From positions 35,953 to 99,952 of the forward strand of contig CBFFRP010000565.1 of assembly GCA_965644295.1 (NCBI GenBank): a stretch of DNA of 64,000 bases. Reading direction: 5' to 3'. The DNA is from Paraphysomonas bandaiensis (taxonomy: Eukaryota > Protista > Chrysophyceae). Both the position numbers and the translations under genes were made by a program. Of this stretch, positions 13,610-26,045 are shown one piece after another. The notes under the pieces were generated by a model that saw only the letters and a list, made by a program, of their open reading frames with translations, searched no databases and had not been told where the DNA came from. Position 1 is the first letter of the stretch; the number at the start of each line of letters is the position of its first letter.

Positions 13610-14282
13610 TCGCTTAAATCGCTCTTTATATTATAATTTTAACAGGAATGACTAGAGTTGTCGCGTCCCATCTAACCAATCACTCCACTCACACCCCAAA
13701 TATAACCTAACGATATTACAATTACTGCATACGACACTCTGCGATTCTTTGTATTGGCAAGCCGTTAGCATTCTTTGATGTGCGAGAAATCACATACTTC
13801 ACATGCCATACTCCCATGCCTGCGTCTCAATCCCATCTCGATCTGTTCCTCGCAAAAACACACACCCCATCCTATACATGCCTATGCCTCTTGTATTCGT
13901 ATTCCATGGTATTCTAAAATCAAAAGCATAAAATCCTGCACACTCTGCCTGTACAAAACTGCTGTACATATCGTCGTACGCCATACATACAGTAGTCCAT
14001 TGTTAATTTTTTAACTGTCAAAAACCCAAGTTTTTTTTTCGTATACAGCAGTATACTCTTTGTACAGTATGTCCAATGTGAGGGTTTTCGTTATAAAATT
14101 CCCACTTTTTGTGTGGACGAACAGAATACGGAATACATCTGGCGGACATGACAGGGCACACATTCCGCCAGTAGAGATACTGGATATGTGGCTGGCACTC
14201 TACATGAAAAACAGCTGCTGACGGTTAACAGCTTTTGCTACTATAAATGTGTTTCCACTTCTAGTCCGTACCACTCTGGAGA

Positions 14283-16181
14283 ATGAGAAGCACATATATA
14301 ATGAGGCTATTCCTTCTGGCGTCCCTCACAATGGTTTTCTCCATTAGCCATGCTGAACTTTCAAAAGAAAGACATCTTACCCATGCATCCAAATATCCTT
14401 ATCTCCCTAACTTATACTTTGTGGGTGCATCCAAATGTGGAACATCGTCACTTGCACGGCTGTTAGTCCAACATCCATTAGTAGCTAGTGTTGGGAATGC
14501 CGTATATCGTGCTAAAGGGGAATCGCGTGTTTTTGATCGGAAGAATTTAACTGTGAGTCAAATGAAGCGCTTGCAGAGGGACCGTTTGAATGTTCAATTT
14601 TCAATGAAGGACGAAGAGAGTGCTCGTGATATCCGCAATCGTGGAGTAATTATGCATTACACTCCGCATTACATAATGAGCACAAGTATAATGCAAAAAC
14701 TCTGCCGAGTTGTCACTCTCGAAGGAGAGAAATGTAAAGAAAAGCGTTTTCTTGTGATGCTACGGAACCCCGTATACCGTACCATTTCTAGCTGGTGGTA
14801 CAAGGGTGATTGTTTTAAGAATAAAAAATGCGAAAAATTTGAGCCCCTCGTAGAGAATGGCATGAAGTATGCGAAAAAGTTGGACTCCTGTTTTGCCTCT
14901 AATGGTGTTGACTTTGAGCGCTTTCTAATTAAAGTAAGGCGGCAGCGAGATCCAGACTGGTACCGTTCTCTTTTGAAGAAGTGCCCATTGTCTACTCTCA
15001 ATGGATTTTGGGGACCATTTGGTAATCCGTACTTGGCACATGTCGGAAAAAGCCTTTATGTTCACCAACTTGTGCGCTTGTTTGCTAAAGTTCCGCGTAA
15101 TCAGACCTATATTATGATTCTAGAAAACTATGCTGAAAATCCAGTGCGAGAGATGGAGTATCTTTTCGACTGGCTGAGGGTTCCTCTCTACGGAGAGCGT
15201 GATGGATTCAAAAACGCAGAGCACCTATACAATCTCATCCAACTCCTGCAGAGCAATGTCCACCCCGTTCCAGCAAAGGTCAAGGAAAAAGAAGTATTAC
15301 CAATGATAAATAGGATGGATAAGTTTTTTAGACCGTATAATGCACTTCTTGAAGTGCTTTTGGACGACCCTTATAAACCTGTTAGACACTCCCTGGGTGC
15401 TGGGTTTAAGAGTGGCGATTGGAACACCGTTAAAGAAGTAGTATACCGTACACAAGATTCATCTCGACTTCCTGTCCCATTACGCTTCTCGAAAAGTGGT
15501 GTGGTCGCAATGCCTCCGTCTGCCATGTATTATTATGTGCACATTCCGGTACTCAGTGGCAAACATGCAATCAGAAATCTCATGACGGACCTCCAATCCA
15601 AACATGACTACGGGGTATTCAAGACTTTGTCGGCATCTCTAAGCGACAGAGATGACTACAGTATCTTTCTATCAGGGCGACCCAATATGGTAATCTGCTT
15701 GTCCGATCCTGTGGAGTTTGTTGTAGCACAGTACCAAGTCTGCGCTGAGAAGCATGCTCCACTCAATTTTACCCTTTCTGAATATTTGCAAGCTTTTACG
15801 GGGGAAAGTCAAAATGCAGAGTTTCGGTGTCCAAGCCCGGTGAATGGACAGACACATATCTTAAGAGGAATCGATATTGAGGAGCTCTGGTTCGTAGCAG
15901 TATCAGGAATGCTCAATGAGGCCCTCTGTCTTTTGTATTTTCAAATTCTGGGAAAATTTCCATCCAAATGCTTGTGTGGTGCTACTGAACCAGCATCGCT
16001 GCGGGCATTACATTCTACATCCAATACAAGCCATTTTAGTATTTCTGATGTTGACCTGATTAATATTGGCAAAATTGTCGGTTCTGATCAAGCGCTGTAC
16101 GATTTCGCTAAAGTAGAAATGATTAAACGATTGCGAATAGCTGAGAATGAAAGTGGACAAAAAGTGATATGTAACTTGTAG
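14283..16181 (+). CDS. Secretory-pathway PAPS-dependent sulfotransferase (HS3ST/NDST-like domain) with a second, degenerate sulfotransferase-like domain
   Basis: 632-aa intronless ORF with a hydrophobic N-terminus; 5'-PSB motif VGASKCGTSSL; 3'-PB motif MLRNPVYRTISSW; FFRPYNALL; the C-terminal domain has YVHIPVLSG and LSDPVEFVVAQY. Confidence 0.8.
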   Translation: MRSTYIMRLFLLASLTMVFSISHAELSKERHLTHASKYPYLPNLYFVGASKCGTSSLARLLVQHPLVASVGNAVYRAKGESRVFDRKNLTVSQMKRLQRDRLNVQFSMKDEESARDIRNRGVIMHYTPHYIMSTSIMQKLCRVVTLEGEKCKEKRFLVMLRNPVYRTISSWWYKGDCFKNKKCEKFEPLVENGMKYAKKLDSCFASNGVDFERFLIKVRRQRDPDWYRSLLKKCPLSTLNGFWGPFGNPYLAHVGKSLYVHQLVRLFAKVPRNQTYIMILENYAENPVREMEYLFDWLRVPLYGERDGFKNAEHLYNLIQLLQSNVHPVPAKVKEKEVLPMINRMDKFFRPYNALLEVLLDDPYKPVRHSLGAGFKSGDWNTVKEVVYRTQDSSRLPVPLRFSKSGVVAMPPSAMYYYVHIPVLSGKHAIRNLMTDLQSKHDYGVFKTLSASLSDRDDYSIFLSGRPNMVICLSDPVEFVVAQYQVCAEKHAPLNFTLSEYLQAFTGESQNAEFRCPSPVNGQTHILRGIDIEELWFVAVSGMLNEALCLLYFQILGKFPSKCLCGATEPASLRALHSTSNTSHFSISDVDLINIGKIVGSDQALYDFAKVEMIKRLRIAENESGQKVICNL

Positions 16182-16583
16182 TTGCTGTTTTTTATGTAGT
16201 GTTATAGTGAAAACTGTTACTAGTTGCAGTGAAGTAAAGTACAGGTACCCATGCGCACTGTTGGTGTCGAAAGAGTACGGTTCTTACAAGCTGTTTGTCT
16301 GGGTATTTCAATGTGAAGAATCGCGAATCATAAAGGAGAAGAATTCAACTCATGGGATACAACCCGGTTTAATACACCGTTTTTTATGTGCAAGCATAGC
16401 ATTCAGAATGTCTGATGATCATATGTTGTTGCTGTTGTACTGGCCAGTGATAAGGAACAATATTACAACTTATTATTCTATACTACATTCCACGCTTGTG
16501 TAACACGTAACATTTAATTGAATTGTTATTGAACTAATTGGTATAAAAAAATGCAATTATGTAACACCTTAAGCTGTATAGAT

Positions 16584-17382
16584 CAGGGATAGGGAACAAT
16601 ATATTGCAATATTATTGTTAGATAGCGTTCCATCAATAGTATTGATGGATTTTTTAAACCGGTCCTACAATACAATTACAATATATTGCAATATATTGTC
16701 AATGTATTGCGATATATTAGTTTGACTAATCAGTAGGTAAACACATCCGTAGATTTCATTTTTAGTATTAGTCATTAAGATCACATGACAACCAAACCAA
16801 CTGCTGCTTATAGCTACTAAAAATCCACCTCGTCCTCATCCTCAGAGTCATCATCGGTGAGGTCAACATCACCATATTCATCCACAGAATTAATTGAAAT
16901 ATGCTAGTATCCGGCCATAACTTCCGAATAGCTTTCTAAAACAACAGCATATTAAGTAGGATGGATACTTTTGCGCAACACTGATATAATATGTTTAGCT
17001 GTGCTGAACAGACGTTCCCATGTATTGGAAGTACATACCAAGGCCAGGCAACCGTTAATGACTCGTGGATCTGTACGTTTCTTAATTTTTTGAGCTGACT
17101 GAAGATTTTTAGTCGCATAGTCAACATCAGCTTCATTATCCTTTGTAATGTTGTAATCAATTTCTCGGTTATTTATATCCATTTTGCACCCTACAGTTGA
17201 GAATCTTCTCTTATATGACTATCATAATATTGATTGCAATATATTGCAATAGTATTGTGAGCTCTTTTAGCAGAAACACTATTGATGGAATATTTGACCA
17301 GTCCACCAATCAATATATTTTACAATACATTGCAATATATTGTACAATGTATTGCAATACAATATATTGTTCCCTATCCCTG
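16584..17382 (-). mobile_element. 799-bp non-autonomous hAT transposon with intact ends
   Basis: Perfect 23-bp TIRs cagggatagggaacaatatattg; perfect 8-bp TSD gtatagat (16576-16583 and 17383-17390); internal minus-strand remnant CTSNTWERLFSTAKHIISVLRKSIHPT (hAT dimerisation domain); subterminal caatatattgcaat repeats. Confidence 0.93.
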
Positions 17383-17729
17383 GTATAGATGTATAGACAC
17401 CCATTTTCTGTTAGAATAGAAGAACTTGGATATATTAATCATACTTGTGTGGCAGTATACTCATTAACCTTAGCACGCAAGAATAATAGCATGACAAAGG
17501 TCAAAGTGAGAACATCCACAACGATCATCGTGATACACAGCAGATGCTGATTGTAGATATTCAACGGCTTCAAAATATTCAAGTATAGTAGTGTGAAAGA
17601 TGTTGTGCATCCGTTGCTATATTCGTATATCAGGGTCCGTAACGATGAGCAAGCACATGGAGCTGTTCAAAACCACCTAAAAACTTCTCATACCGATGTG
17701 TGGACCACGAATATTGCACAGGCAGTGCC

Positions 17730-18030
17730 AATCAATGCTTCCTAACCCAAAACGCTATAACACCGACTACCATATGAATATAGGCGTGAACCAACGGATT
17801 TCAATCTCGTAGACCAACGAAATCGTGTTTTCGAGGGTAAATTCTAGTAGTCTACTGTCTTGCTCTCCTAATAATAATCTGTATAGTCATCAATCTCATC
17901 AAAACCAGAGCTACATATACCCTACATATACTATTATATCGTTATTGCAATATAGTTATCAAAATTATAATGATGTCATTAAACGTGTTAAAGGGTGTTA
18001 TAAAGCCCACAGCTTTACAACCAATCGGCG
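17730..18030 (+). repeat. Dispersed repeat, copy 2 (related to 7270-7700)
   Basis: Shares several 20-40 bp blocks with the reverse complement of 7270-7700. Confidence 0.6.
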
Positions 18031-19215
18031 TTTGTAACTAACCGGGCTATGGGATCTAAGATAAAAGGATGATGTATTATGCAAGATTAAGAGAATAGTT
18101 TGCTTAAAGATAATAATCAAAAGGGAAGGAAAGCAAACTGCCAACACTATATTGCTGCATGATAATAATGTTTGTGAGAGGTTGTTTAGCAGAGCTAATA
18201 AGATTGTTATGACTGATTTTTGCTAGCGAATGCCACCTATAGGCACCATAAGAAGTTGATGTTTTTGTTTTCTGTGTGAAAATCATATTTGGGATGAGGT
18301 CCTATAATTCAGAAAATGCTATATTCTAAAAGTATTAACATAAGGTTATAGTTAGTTCAGTATTGACTGATTTATGTTAAGAGAGATATAGTGAAATTAT
18401 GATGTTGTAGCACTGTGATTTAGGAACCACGTCATTCACCAGCATCAACACTCTGTTCTACAAAAATCGTATCTTTAACAGCTACTATATTTTCAGTTTC
18501 TTTGTATACTTGTAATAACTACTCCTATAGTGTAGTCATGTATAGCTTCAAGTACGCACGTAGAAGCTGGTTGTAGTTCAATAAAAAGTCTGCAATAGAA
18601 TTAAAAGGTAATTATTACTTATTACCAATTAATTGCAATGCCAACACTTGGACGCTTGATTAATATAATAGCAATTATTGTTGTTGTAACTGTATTGTAC
18701 ACAATACTGTTCTTGGAATAGCGAACATCATGGTCCCGAGCCACATCGTACAAGGATCTTGATGTCATCAGCATTCGGAGCCCTACTAGACCTTTCAGTC
18801 AGAACATCTAAAACTTTGCTATCTATCTATATGTGAGAAACGGTTTTCGCACACATCACTAAAATACAGATGTACGTATATTAGCATATTCTCAAAACTT
18901 CTCATTGCTTTGTGAGCATGGACCTAAAAATAATGGTACTTCAGCATATATATACTTTGCAATTAAAGCATTAAAACTACATCAATATTAATACATGAAA
19001 ATTTCAACGTCACTTAGGTGTAACAAATCAGAATTCAAGTTGACATCCAATATTCAATATAAATATAGGAAACAGTGCCATAACGATGAGAGTAATCCTC
19101 GCTGTTATGTACTTCCGCGTTGTAGTATATTTACTTCAATAGAGTCGCCTTGTTGCCATTAGTATTTTTCGAAACCATTAGGACAGGTTGATGCCCACCT
19201 TCGGCCTACTAGCTA

Positions 19216-20789
19216 CTAAAATAAGTTTTGCGGGCATGGAAGGAAGTGAAAATTGAGGTAAGGGCTGGTAGGCTGTATATACTCTTCTGGAGGAGAATGA
19301 AAGGGGTAGCCGAACAATTGAGGTGAATTCACAGCGCTAAAATATCGGCCACTCTTGCCATTGTTTCCAGATTTCAGAGATGAAAGAGCTTGCAGCTCTG
19401 GGGATGGTGAGTGCGTGGGACTAAAAATACAACTTGAACTCGTGCTACCGCTTCCACTAACGCTAGGTGACAAGTGGGAACCTGACGAGGGTGGGGAGTA
19501 TGATGAGTGAGAAGGCATAACCCTTGTTACCTCACCAGTATATTGTGACGGCTTGGTGCGACAGAGAAGTTTCTGAGACCCATGCTCACACTCAGTGTGG
19601 TTCATATGGGCAGAATGCATTTGAAGCTTCCTTACGGGTGCAGAGCTCCGGTGGAATTTGAACAAGGAATCACTCTCCCCTTCAGCCGCGCCAGTGCTGA
19701 CATCGCAGCGAGAGGTGCCGCAACTAGAGTTAGATATAAGTCCATCCATGTATTTGGTTGCGGGACAATGGTGGGGAGGTATCTGCTGTGATTGGTACTC
19801 ATGATACTGAGGGAGGTACGCAACTGTACTGGAATGGAGTTGTCGCGAGCGTCTGGAGGATACAGGCATTACCTTGTCAATATCTGAGACTACAGGAATT
19901 GGGTAGCGGTGTCGCGTATGGTGTAGCGTGTCATATGTTGCTAAATGCGTGTGAGAATCACAAGAGGGTAAAGACGAGTGAATTTCATTTCCGTTGATGT
20001 CAAGCTTTTGCATCCATATACGCGTCTTAAAAATGGAAAATAGGTCACGGACAAGCTCACGGAAATCTACACGGCTAAAACAGATATATCAGGAATTTAT
20101 ATTGCTATATCAAAGCTATACCTGCTAGCTAGGTATGAAAAAGTTAATTTATTTCGATGATTTTGAAACGTAGCATCCACTACACGGATTTGTAATTGCC
20201 GACGAGAGGTGAGCTCTGAGCATATTTTAAGAGCCCGATCTTCATCTCGGATTTTAGTCGACATATTCTTTATTTCGGCCACGGTGGCTCTACCCGCTAA
20301 TATCAGAAGACTTTCTCTTTCGTTAGCATCGTAGTGTAGTAAACTCTCAATCGAATGCACAGTCATATCACAAACAATACCTACTGCAAATTTATGACAA
20401 TTGATTACAGTAATCGTCAATTCATGTACCGATTTCATTCCCATGATCTCCTTCAAGTCTTACGTAGTCGCCTACTACAAAATCTTCAGTGCAGGTGGCA
20501 CTTTTTTTACAAAGATATCTGCTTCGTTTACACTCCACCTGAAATACATGCATACCATAACCACAAGCAGACACCATGACGACCTCATCACCTCGTACAT
20601 ACGATCTTCTTTGGGTTTAAATTGTGAAGATATGACTTCGCTGTCATGTCTAGCGGAATTATATGAAGGCAAAAGCTTGAGTGTATCTGTGATGTGATCC
20701 GTCAGTCGTGAGGCCGAAATGTCGCACAGGCTCAGGTCAGCAGCTGTGAAGGGATAAGGAGAAGGCCCCTGATATCGATGATCCATCAT
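19216..20789 (-). CDS. PSP1 C-terminal domain protein (PSP1/RicT-YaaT family) with a disordered Ser/Pro/His-rich tail
   Basis: Spliced minus-strand exons give ...QIRVVDATFQNHRNKLTFSYLAS|RVDFRELVRDLFSIFKTRIWMQK, the PSP1 signature; start and early exon boundaries are approximate. Confidence 0.8.
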
Positions 20790-21504
20790 AACACCCCTTC
20801 ACAGTTGACAGAGTTCGAGTGAAGTTGCGAGCCCAATGTAAGGGTGTGACCTGTTCTAACACAGATTTATACAGCTGTCAGAGGTCAGTACGCAATTAAT
20901 CCAGTGCAGTACAGTGATGTATGTTGAGGGTGCGCCGTGTTAGGTGCGTATGTGCAAAGGGAAAAATATATCTGTGTGCGTCAGTGGCAGACCATATTCA
21001 CACACTCACCCATAAGGAGCATCCCATCCGTGCTTTGCAAAAAACTGCATCTAGACGTTGTACGATCGTACGTCGCAGTGGATTTGCATGCGAAAGTCCA
21101 GACACGAAAAACATTTTTCTCGACTTTTTTCAGCGGTCCGAAAAAACCTTGAGGTTTTTCGCAAACCACGGACGCGCCTATAGAGAGATGGTATAGAGTA
21201 TGGGATTTTGGTGTCGTAATACACTGTATTTGAAGTTGAAGGTGCCGTATACAAGAGTACGACTGCTGCTGTGTATAACTGGGCGTCGTTGTTAATGGCG
21301 CTATAGAGAGAGAGCAGAGTGACATCCCAGTCCCAGTTGGAGCTACCTCGATGCAATCTCCTACAAGGATAGCACATATGTGATGAATTCATTAGTTGTA
21401 GTCATTTCCGAATGGATCATATCAGTGATATGATAACTATACAGCTGAACAGTAACTGTACGTAGCCTATCTCATAGAGCTGTTGCTTCTGTCATAGAAG
21501 AACA

Positions 21505-24500
21505 ATGAGTGTAGAGTACATATGCTATATGTGCAGGAGGGTATTTACAGCCACTTTGAACTTTTTTGCCTGTAGAAATACCGCAGGGGGTCACTACATG
21601 AAATCTCTCACATTGGCGCACCAGCATTTGAACAAAAAGAGTTTAATCAGTTTATTTGACTGGATAATTCCAGGCCGACCCAGTCATGTCGTCATGAAAC
21701 GACGAATATCACAATACAAGCAGCTATCCGTATTTGGTAAATTATGGGATGCATGGCAAATATTTCTCTCTGTGCTCGCATGTGGATTGTATATAGCGGA
21801 GAGCTACTCCACAGGCTACACCGAGCACCAATTTTATACCTGGCATGACGTAATCGTGACCCAGTTTTTCATGCTAGATTTTATATTTAACTGGTTCACT
21901 GCAATCAATACAAAAATATTTTTTCAGAGCTTGATGACTATTGTAGATGTGTTAACGATATTTCCTGTGTACATCAGTCTTGCCACGGGAAGTGATGTTA
22001 ATCTTTCAATATTTCGCTTCATTCGCATATTGCGTTTAGTTCGCGTCCTGCGCACCTTTCGTCTCTTGGGAAGCCTTAGTGGGCTGAAACGGCAATTAAT
22101 CACCTTATCATTGACTTTGATCAGCTTAGTCTTCATGGCAGCGGGTGTGGTAAATGTTCTCGAGAACGACGTGCAGCAGCTGTATTTTGATTGTCAATAT
22201 ATAAACAAGAACACGAACTATCGCCCCTCTTGCGATAGTTATACTGATACTTTTGACATGGACACGTGTGACTGTCGGGAGAAGAATTGTGTACCTGTAT
22301 ATAATCGTTATGATGAGAGATATGAGCCCACTCGCATACAGTGCACAAGTCTACCATTCTTCAATTGTATATATTTCATCATAGTAACAATATCTACAGT
22401 AGGGTATGGTGATATATCTCCTACCTCATCCCATTCTAGAGGCGTAGTTCTATTGTTTATTATAACATCTGCAGTGGTTATACCTATGCAGCTGAAACAG
22501 CTTACTCATCTCCTATCATCGAGCTCTATATTCAGAAGTTCTTATGATGTGCAAAACTCCGAGGAGCATGTTGTGTTATGTGGGCACGTTAATAATCGAT
22601 CCAAACTTGAAAAATTCTTTTTGGAATTTTTCCATCCTGACCGCAAAATGCCATCATCTCCACACTTTCATGTTGTACTACTGTGTCCTGAAGACCCGAG
22701 TGAGGAAGTACGATCCCTCCTCGTATCTCCCAAATTCGACTCACGCGCAAGTTACCTTATAGGTTCGGCACTGTCTGTGGAGGACCTGCAGCGTGCCCGA
22801 GTAGATGTCGCAAGTGCCGTGTTTTTTTTGTGTAATATTGAAGCGAAGGAGGAGGCAGCCCTTTGCGATGGTACCACTATTGTACTCCGTACTCTGGCAG
22901 TCAGTGACTTTAACCCTGACACCCAACTCCTAGTTGAGGTAGTGCACTCTAAAGACAGTGATATACTGAAGAATAACGATGTTGATGTGGTACTGTGTGT
23001 GGATGAATTCAAAACAGTGATGTTGGCAAGAAATGCTGTTTGCCCTGGCTTAAGCACACTCATTAGCAATATTTTCCGAACATATGGTCGCCATCACAAT
23101 CCCAACTCCAGCAACCAACACTGGCTCGCAGAATATAACTATGGCCAGTGTATGGATATCTATTATATTCCCTTACCGGGACTTTTCTTGGAGGCATTTA
23201 ATTTCGATTGGGGAATGGTTGCGGAGAGTCTGTATATCGAATACCACTGCATGTTGCTTGGAGTATTTAGTAACACTGACGGAGAAATTAATCTCAACCC
23301 AATAAATGTTGAATTCAAAGATCCCAAGACTAAGAAAGTGTTCTACGGTATCTTATTGGGACCATCCCAGGATGTAGCGACTCGGATTACCAAAGCTATA
23401 CACGAGTATTCGTCAATTGCGCGAATGGTAAATAGTATGCTTGAGGCAGAGTCATGTTTTGGAGTGCGGGTAGTTCCGAAGCAACACGGGGTCATAAATC
23501 GATCGCAGAGCTCTCATAAGTATTTCACAAATAAATCCGGTCCCACGGACAAGCCAGTGTTACAGGACATCATGCTGTTCAATAAGCTTCAGCGTATTGC
23601 GCGGAAGAGCACTAAACCGGGCTATGTTAAGAGTGTAGAGGACATATCAGGATCAGTCAAAGCTCCGACAAAAGGTAGGAAAATCAATGCGAGGGAAGCG
23701 AAGGCCATTGTATGCTATGGTGGCAATGCGTTGAAAGGAGGTCAAGCAAATACTCCCGTCCCTGACCCTGTTTGGGATGACAGAAGAAGCATGAATGTAA
23801 AAGCAAGCGACATCGGTCAGGTGAACCATGCTCTACATATGACCGACCATATTATCGTCTTCGGTTGTCGGGACAACTTTTCGTCATTCGTGGAATATGC
23901 TGATATGCCTGTCGTGCGTGAAATGAACGGCTTTATTCGACCAATACTATACGTTGGCTCCGAATTACCGACAAAGTGGAAAATGCTTAAAATGAAGCAC
24001 AAAGATTTATATTTTTTAGAAGGCGATATTTCACTAAAAAGCACCTTATCGCGCACGAATGTGGGACATGCGTATAGCGTCGTCATGCTGACACAGCGCC
24101 GGGAGGAGTTGGAATTCGAAGAGAGTGAAAATCTCGACTTCGAAATGCTCTTTTTGTATCTCAAAATTGCTTCGTGTATTCCGTCCAACGTTCACTTCAC
24201 AGTAGAACTGACAAGTGGACAGAACATGAGTGTCCTGAACTCTGTAACAGTTAAAAAGGAGAGAAGAGATGACAATTCTACGCCTCACTACGGCCCTGGA
24301 AACGACATGGATACTGGGGATACTCTATCATTTGAAGAAAGACTAATGCTCGAGGGTATGCTTGATGACAGCAGAGGTGAGTAAAGCATAAATTGTTAAG
24401 GTGAGAGTCTTTAGTGTTGCGTTGGTTATATAGATCGAGATGTTATGTTGAAACAGCTGCGCACTGTGTACAACTCATCCCGCTCACGCAACGATCCTCA

Positions 24501-25581
24501 TATAAAGCGTGGGCAATTCTTTTCTCAATATGTACGAAACCTGACGCCAGCGTCATCACGGCAATCCAGCGCAAGGCAACTTCTGAAGACAATGCCGGGA
24601 CGCAGATTGAGCTCTGTCCAGTATAGAAGCTCTGTAAAGTCTGAGGTATGCAGTGTGCGTGGCGGTCGAGAAGGCTTACTATGTCGAATGCGTAGTTATG
24701 TTTTGTGATGTTTGATTGGCGAATTTTATTTTGTAGATTCCGATATTTGGCAGCACTGACTGGGATGGACAAGATAACTATACGAATTTTGCAATATATG
24801 CCGCAGGCCGGACGTTTGTTCCAGATGTAGTAGATAATATATTGACGCAGGTGTGTAGAGAGGATCCTTGGTTTTGTTAATACTTGTATCTTAATGCTAG
24901 CATCTATTGTATTGGTGATGTATATATGTTACTGAAAATTGTATGTATATTGTTTGCGACATTGCACCACAGTGTTTTTCTTATCGCGCCCATTGTAGAG
25001 TTTTTTCTCATCACTGACGTCAAACATATGCGAGGGGCTCGTATGTGGTCAAGAAAATCAGGGGATATTTCTAATTCCCTTACCGAGAACTTTCACTTAC
25101 AGATACTTTAGTGATGTATATCGCGCCTGTATCTCGCGATGCGTAAGTCTCCTGCGAGTACAACTGTCTTCTGTTGACATATGCTTCAGGTGTTGGTCAT
25201 TGGGCTATACCGTGCTGCCTCGTTGTCAGAACAGTCATTTATGCCTTTCGTGTACACCTGTCCTCCTCCTCGAACTGTTTTGAATACTTTTGACAAGCTT
25301 TACGTGTATGGCACCCCTGCTAATATTAAAAACTGTGAAAGGGTTCTCTCACTGCCATTCGGAAAAATGGGAAATATGGTTACCCTTGGTATGCAAACTG
25401 CGCACAAGTTGTACGATCATATAATACCAAATGTGTGACCTCTACGTAATAATTGTTTTGTCTGTATTTAGGAACGGATGAGTCTATCATGAGGCGTCGC
25501 AGAAGCGTATCCACTCCGACATCCGTAAAATCACCGCAAAATATATTTTGCCCTTCCAATGAATTATCTACACAAGTGTGA
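21505..25581 (+). CDS. Slo/BK-type potassium channel (6TM pore module plus two RCK domains)
   Basis: S4 FRFIRILRLVRVLRTFR; pore TISTVGYGD; RCK1 HVVLCGH...FFLEFFHPD...CPGLSTLISN; RCK2 HIIVFG, RYAAGR, IGLYR, FVYTCPP; several short 3' exons; stop at 25581; start uncertain. Confidence 0.9.
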
Positions 25582-26045
25582 CCTTCGTACGATATTGTTT
25601 CTGTATCGCATAAGTCGCCTTGGACTTTTTCTTGTACTGTGTTCGTCTATGCGGTGACGCCCATTATTATTTTGTTTTCATGTGTGCTGCGCATGACTCT
25701 GTCGTGATATTCATGCAGTATGTGCACTAATTTATACTTTGGTTTATTATTTTCTGGTGTAATTTTCAGTTGTTACATGCATGATGTAAAATAGAGTGGT
25801 TGTCATATTATTAATGCCAAAATAGTTTGTATAATTGGTAATTATGATTGATTTTTCGCTATTTGTATTCAGAACCAATTATAGTTAGCCATTTTCGAAT
25901 CTCATGCAACATGCGTTCACCTCTACTTAGATATATATATCATAGCCGATATCAGCTTCATCAATCTCTGTATCGTTGCTATCACTGTCTGAACGGGGAT
26001 TTATTCTAACAACATTTTTCTCATGTCTTGTGAAATTAAACGGGA

